IMG/VR virus record: IMGVR_UViG_3300025015_000001
Source of the DNA: a virus
DNA length: 64,000 nt
Direction: 5' to 3' (one strand)
The position numbers were made by a program, and so were the translations under genes. Positions 59,784-64,000 of the stretch are shown here, one piece after another. The first letter of the stretch is position 1. Each line of letters starts with the position of its first letter. Below the pieces are notes generated by a model that ran no database searches, was not told the DNA's origin, and worked only from the letters and a program-made list of their open reading frames with translations.

Positions 59784-60545
59784 ATGTTAGAGCATCGTTG
59801 TAAGTTATGTAAATTAGGATTAGAAGATAAGAGTATATTATTAAAAATACATAATCTTAGATTTAGAGAAGATGTAACATTGCGTTCTATGGAAGAAAAA
59901 GTTAAAGAGATTATAGCCACTAGTGAGAATGAAAAAATAAAGAATATGGACCCACCTTCTTACGTAGCAATATCTTATCATTTTAGAAGACATACTTCTC
60001 CTAGATTAAAAGCTAAATATAAGACGCAAGCTCTTATGCCGGCTTTGATGGAGAATGCAAAAAAAGAATTACTAGACATCCCAGAGGTATCTGCTGATCT
60101 AAAAAAGATAGAAAAAGAAAGATTTAGTTTATATGATGATTTAACTTTACTGTATAATACAATGAAAGCTAGATTCGAAGCTTTTGATGAATCCCAAGGC
60201 AAGATGATTAATTTAGGATTGCCTGGGGAAAAAGGAAATTTAGAAGGTTATACAGCATTATCAAAAGTTCTTAAAGATGTCTTATCAGAATTAAATAAGA
60301 TGAGACAAACAGAGCAGTTAGCTAAGAATATATTTAATTTTGCATTAAAAGAATATACTATGCTAACTATAGAAACTATTATGAGAGAATCAGAAATGAT
60401 GAAAAAGAATTTAGCTACGCATATTAAAGATGGTTTAATTGTAGAAGATTTAATAGAGGAATTGCAATGTAATATAGGAACACATTTGAAAAAAGGATTT
60501 AACGAAGTTATAAAGAAAACAGAAACACAGTTTAACTTAAAATAA
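59784..60545 (+). CDS. possible terminase small subunit
   Basis: Directly upstream of terL; CKLC...HFRRH N-terminus; helical; positional inference. Confidence 0.4.
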   Translation: MLEHRCKLCKLGLEDKSILLKIHNLRFREDVTLRSMEEKVKEIIATSENEKIKNMDPPSYVAISYHFRRHTSPRLKAKYKTQALMPALMENAKKELLDIPEVSADLKKIEKERFSLYDDLTLLYNTMKARFEAFDESQGKMINLGLPGEKGNLEGYTALSKVLKDVLSELNKMRQTEQLAKNIFNFALKEYTMLTIETIMRESEMMKKNLATHIKDGLIVEDLIEELQCNIGTHLKKGFNEVIKKTETQFNLK

Positions 60546-60548
60546 AAT

Positions 60549-63500
60549 ATGGCACGTCCTAAAAAAGATTCTCCCACAGTAGACATGCGGTCAAATATAT
60601 CATTAGATGATATTGGTTCTGAGATATCAGGATTATTTGATAAGCATATTATTGGCGGAGAAAAAATTGATTGGAATAAAGATAGCGTAGGCGAATCTAC
60701 ACAAGCAGTAGACAAATATGCTATAGACTTTTCCATACAAGCTCCTAATATTATAGAATGGAGCACTAGTGAGAAGTTCTTAAATCAACCATCTTTGTTT
60801 GATTATAAAAGACAGTATCAAACAATACGAGATTTGTTTCAATTAAGATGCCCATTATGCAATAAATTAGATAGACAGTCTATAGATTGTTGGGATAAAG
60901 GAAGAGAATATTTAGAATCAGAGAATTTATTAGCATGGTCCCCAAAGCACCATGACGATGTTTGCCCATCTTGCAATACTACAAGAAGAGAATTTGAAAC
61001 AGATGGTATCTTTAAACGTTATAATACTTTTGTGGCATGCGTTGGTATGCGTTCTGGTAAAAGTGTCATGGCAGGGGCTTATTTAGGCACCTACATAGAA
61101 CATTTAATAATAACATTAGGTAACCCCTCATCTTACTTTGATGTTTTTCCTGGGCAGCCATTTGAGGTGGCATTTACAGCAACCACAGAGGTTCAATCGG
61201 AAGGAACCATTTATGCATATTTTAGAGCGGCACGAGAACAGTCCCCTTGGATACAAGCTTATATAGAACATTTGAAACAGGAAGAAACAAGAAGAGGGTT
61301 ATTTAAGCAAACACTATATAACGAAACAAATAAAACCATATATTACAAAGAACTAAATACAGAATTCAATTCCTTGCATTGCTTTACCAAAGGTACACAA
61401 ATTTTATTAAGCAACTACACATATAAGAATATAGAAGACATACAGATTGGTGATCAAGTACTAGATAGAAAAGGCTACACACAAAAAGTAGAGAGTGTTT
61501 GGTGTGAGGGCGCACCCAAAGAAATTTTAGAAATAACAGTTTATGGTGGTACTAAATTTAAATGTACCAATAACCATAGATTTCCAGCATATGTGTGGCC
61601 CAAGAAATGTTACTGTGGATGTGGGGCTGAGCTCGATACAGGGCGCTCTTTTATAAAGGGGCATCAAGGTAATGGTAGAAAATTTAAGATGCGTATAGCA
61701 GAGGGTAGCGGAGGGCACGTAAGAAGACTTCCTCTGGAATATAACCCACTACAAGACGTTATAGCGGAAGATCTCGGTGTAAACGATTACTTATTTATGC
61801 CTAGAAAATTTGAAGAGATCAAGACAGACGTCTCCCCAGAGCAAGCTAGATTATTAGGTTATTACATCGCCGAGGGCTGTAGTAATAGAACTACGTACAA
61901 ATCTGGCTATAAAAGGTTGGGATCGGAGTTCACATTCCATAAAGATGAACTACATACATGGGTTAAAGATATATACTATATTTGTGATAAATATAAAATT
62001 CACTACAATACATATTTAAGAAAAGACGCTAAGGCGTGTGTAACTTTTACATCTGGAAAAAATGCAATTGAGACAGCAGAATGGTTGGAGACAAACGGCG
62101 GCGTCTTTTCAAAAACAAAGAAACTCTCTGAGGATGTGATGAGATGGCCATTAAATCTTAAAATGGAACTTATCAGAGGGCTATTTAGGGGTGATGGTAC
62201 TCATCATTTAAAAAAACAAAGATGCCCTAATATCACATATAACACGGCTTCAAAAATCTTAGCTCAACAGGTACAAATGATTTTATGCCAACTAGGTTAT
62301 TATTCTGGAATTGTAGAGCATAAATATAGAATTACTAAATTTAATAAGAATGGTAAATCTATTGGCTACTATGTTAATATGGGGGGTAATCAAACATTTA
62401 AGTTAGCCGAAGAAATCTGGGGCGCGAATAATAAATTTATTGATGTAAAAATAAGCCCTATTAAAAATTTATGTAAAGTAGACGACGATTATATTTACTT
62501 CCCAATTAAAAGTATTAAAAAGATAATTAATTCTGATCCTGTATATAATCTAACAGTTTCAAATGACCACTCTTATATAGTAGGTAATATAGGTACCTAT
62601 AATTCCAATTCCGGAGGGCTAGCTGGTAGAACACGTGTTTGGGCCGTAGTAGACGAGCTAAGCAGATTTGAAACTTCAGTAGGAGAAAGTCGTAGGGGGG
62701 CAAAAGAAGTTTATAATGTTATTGATAATGGTTTAGCTACTGTAAGAGGAGAAACCGATAGAAGACAATTGCCATATATTTTTGGAATGATGAACGCAGT
62801 AAGTTCACCCATTCATAACAATGATATGACAATGAAACTTCTTAAGACTGCTAAAAAAGATAAAAATGTTTTTGCTGTACATTACCCTACTTGGAAATTT
62901 AATCCTAAGATTACAAGAGAAAGTTTAGAATCAAGATTTCAGAGAGACCCTATTGGAGCAGAGAGAGACTTTGGCGCAAATCCACCCAATGCAGAAATGC
63001 CTCTTATTACAGATGAAGAACGTTTTAGAAAATGTATTAATCCAAATCTAAAACCAAAAGCAACATTTGAAGACACTACTCCTGTGGATGGTATGGGGAG
63101 AATGTATGCAGGTAAAATACTAAAGCATGCTGATTTTGATAGATTAACATCATATTATATAGCTGGTGACGCAGGTAAATCCAAGGATAGTTTTGCTTTA
63201 GCTTGCGGTCATGGTGAGTATAAAGATGTTCACACGCCAAACGGAATAGAAAAGAAATGGTGCACCATAATGGATTGGTGCGTTACGATAAGACCATCTG
63301 TCAAACCACGTAAAACTATTTATTATGATTGTATTGTAGACATATTAAATAGAATTAAGCAAAGACAAAAAATACAATCAGTTGCATTTGACCATTGGCA
63401 ATCAGAAAGTATTTTACAAGATCTAAGCAACATGCAAATCGAGACAGCAACATATAATGTCAAAGCTGAAGATTATATGAGATTTGTTATAGATGCGTAT

Positions 63501-63815
63501 GAAAGTAAAGTTCAGTTAATACCCCCTGTAGCTGAAGATGAATATCTAGACCCGTACGCACCAGTTAAAGGTATGTCAGATTATGGAAGACTTGTGCATG
63601 AATTATTAAATTTAGAAAGAAGTGCAGATTTAAAGACAGTCGATCACAGATCAAATGAGCATAATGACTGCGCTGCAGTGGCTGTAATGGTGCACAAGAA
63701 TGTACAAGAACAGGTATCCACTACAGGCAAGTCTAAGAATTTTAAAAATGCAATGAGTGTAGCAGTACAAAGTGGGCTAATGCCAACCTCAGCTAGAGTA
63801 GGATTCTGGCGATAG
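60549..63815 (+). CDS. terL: terminase large subunit containing an intein
   Basis: Walker A GMRSGKS, Walker B VVDE, nuclease AGDAG...D and FDHWQS; CPLC/CPSC zinc insertion. Confidence 0.88.
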   Translation: MARPKKDSPTVDMRSNISLDDIGSEISGLFDKHIIGGEKIDWNKDSVGESTQAVDKYAIDFSIQAPNIIEWSTSEKFLNQPSLFDYKRQYQTIRDLFQLRCPLCNKLDRQSIDCWDKGREYLESENLLAWSPKHHDDVCPSCNTTRREFETDGIFKRYNTFVACVGMRSGKSVMAGAYLGTYIEHLIITLGNPSSYFDVFPGQPFEVAFTATTEVQSEGTIYAYFRAAREQSPWIQAYIEHLKQEETRRGLFKQTLYNETNKTIYYKELNTEFNSLHCFTKGTQILLSNYTYKNIEDIQIGDQVLDRKGYTQKVESVWCEGAPKEILEITVYGGTKFKCTNNHRFPAYVWPKKCYCGCGAELDTGRSFIKGHQGNGRKFKMRIAEGSGGHVRRLPLEYNPLQDVIAEDLGVNDYLFMPRKFEEIKTDVSPEQARLLGYYIAEGCSNRTTYKSGYKRLGSEFTFHKDELHTWVKDIYYICDKYKIHYNTYLRKDAKACVTFTSGKNAIETAEWLETNGGVFSKTKKLSEDVMRWPLNLKMELIRGLFRGDGTHHLKKQRCPNITYNTASKILAQQVQMILCQLGYYSGIVEHKYRITKFNKNGKSIGYYVNMGGNQTFKLAEEIWGANNKFIDVKISPIKNLCKVDDDYIYFPIKSIKKIINSDPVYNLTVSNDHSYIVGNIGTYNSNSGGLAGRTRVWAVVDELSRFETSVGESRRGAKEVYNVIDNGLATVRGETDRRQLPYIFGMMNAVSSPIHNNDMTMKLLKTAKKDKNVFAVHYPTWKFNPKITRESLESRFQRDPIGAERDFGANPPNAEMPLITDEERFRKCINPNLKPKATFEDTTPVDGMGRMYAGKILKHADFDRLTSYYIAGDAGKSKDSFALACGHGEYKDVHTPNGIEKKWCTIMDWCVTIRPSVKPRKTIYYDCIVDILNRIKQRQKIQSVAFDHWQSESILQDLSNMQIETATYNVKAEDYMRFVIDAYESKVQLIPPVAEDEYLDPYAPVKGMSDYGRLVHELLNLERSADLKTVDHRSNEHNDCAAVAVMVHKNVQEQVSTTGKSKNFKNAMSVAVQSGLMPTSARVGFWR
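61380..62603 (+). mobile_element. LAGLIDADG intein in terL (408 aa)
   Basis: SLH|CFTKGT...IGTYN|SNSGG; LLGYYIAEG and IRGLFRGDG. Confidence 0.9.
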
Positions 63816-64000
63816 CTTGGTAAGATATATGGCACTTTCTAAAGATATGTTACATTCATTTAGTAGATATTTAATCGACTCTGCAAAATTGTTTAGTTTT
63901 TTAGCATCACTTAGTAGAGTATTGCACCTCCCGACTATAAAATATGCACCACTACAAATTTCTTCGAAAAATGTAGTACACGGAGGCACTATGCAATACT
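63789..64000 (-). CDS. member of the LTK-motif paralog family (5' end beyond the window)
   Basis: ESIKYLLNECNISLESAIYLTKL; frame is open to the window edge. Confidence 0.55.
   Translation of the reverse strand, partial: YCIVPPCTTFFEEICSGAYFIVGRCNTLLSDAKKLNNFAESIKYLLNECNISLESAIYLTKLSPESYSS

Noticed and set aside
602-63835. Numerous antisense or overlapping ORFs in the six-frame track (for example 4074-4511, 19085-19612, 20041-20517, 32617-33039)
   Set aside because: They are shadow ORFs opposite well-supported genes, lack an SD and have no recognisable motifs.

Overview
This is a 64-kb segment of an AT-rich large (jumbo-like) tailed phage genome that uses the standard genetic code and sigma70-type promoters. 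1-13 kb is a minus-strand accessory region: a CCA-adding enzyme, tRNA-Gln, non-coding structured DNA, about 15 copies of a 17-bp palindrome just upstream of ribosome-binding sites, and an RlaP-like nucleotidyltransferase split in two by a homing endonuclease. 13.2-15.9 kb is a plus-strand island with an HNH nuclease and a T4 Rnl1-like RNA ligase. 17.9-21.9 kb is a GC-richer array of about 11 integron attC sites without an integrase. Its cassettes carry small phage-type genes (including two DNA methyltransferases), all antisense to canonical attC polarity and downstream of a phage sigma70 promoter; this is the most striking feature. 22-46 kb holds replication, recombination and nucleotide metabolism genes: ThyA-like, dNMP kinase, RecA with intein, RuvC-like, SbcCD-like, SSB, UDG-PolA, HU, class II RNR with intein, DnaB-like helicase. 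A 200-nt structured RNA candidate lies upstream of recA. 46.6-64 kb holds an SF2 helicase, a primase, large unknown proteins, a 1211-aa ligase/LigD-polymerase/nucleotidyltransferase fusion punctuated by repeated KKSFKINA-like linkers, and the terminase large subunit with an intein. All assignments come from manual motif reading; no database search or folding program was run.
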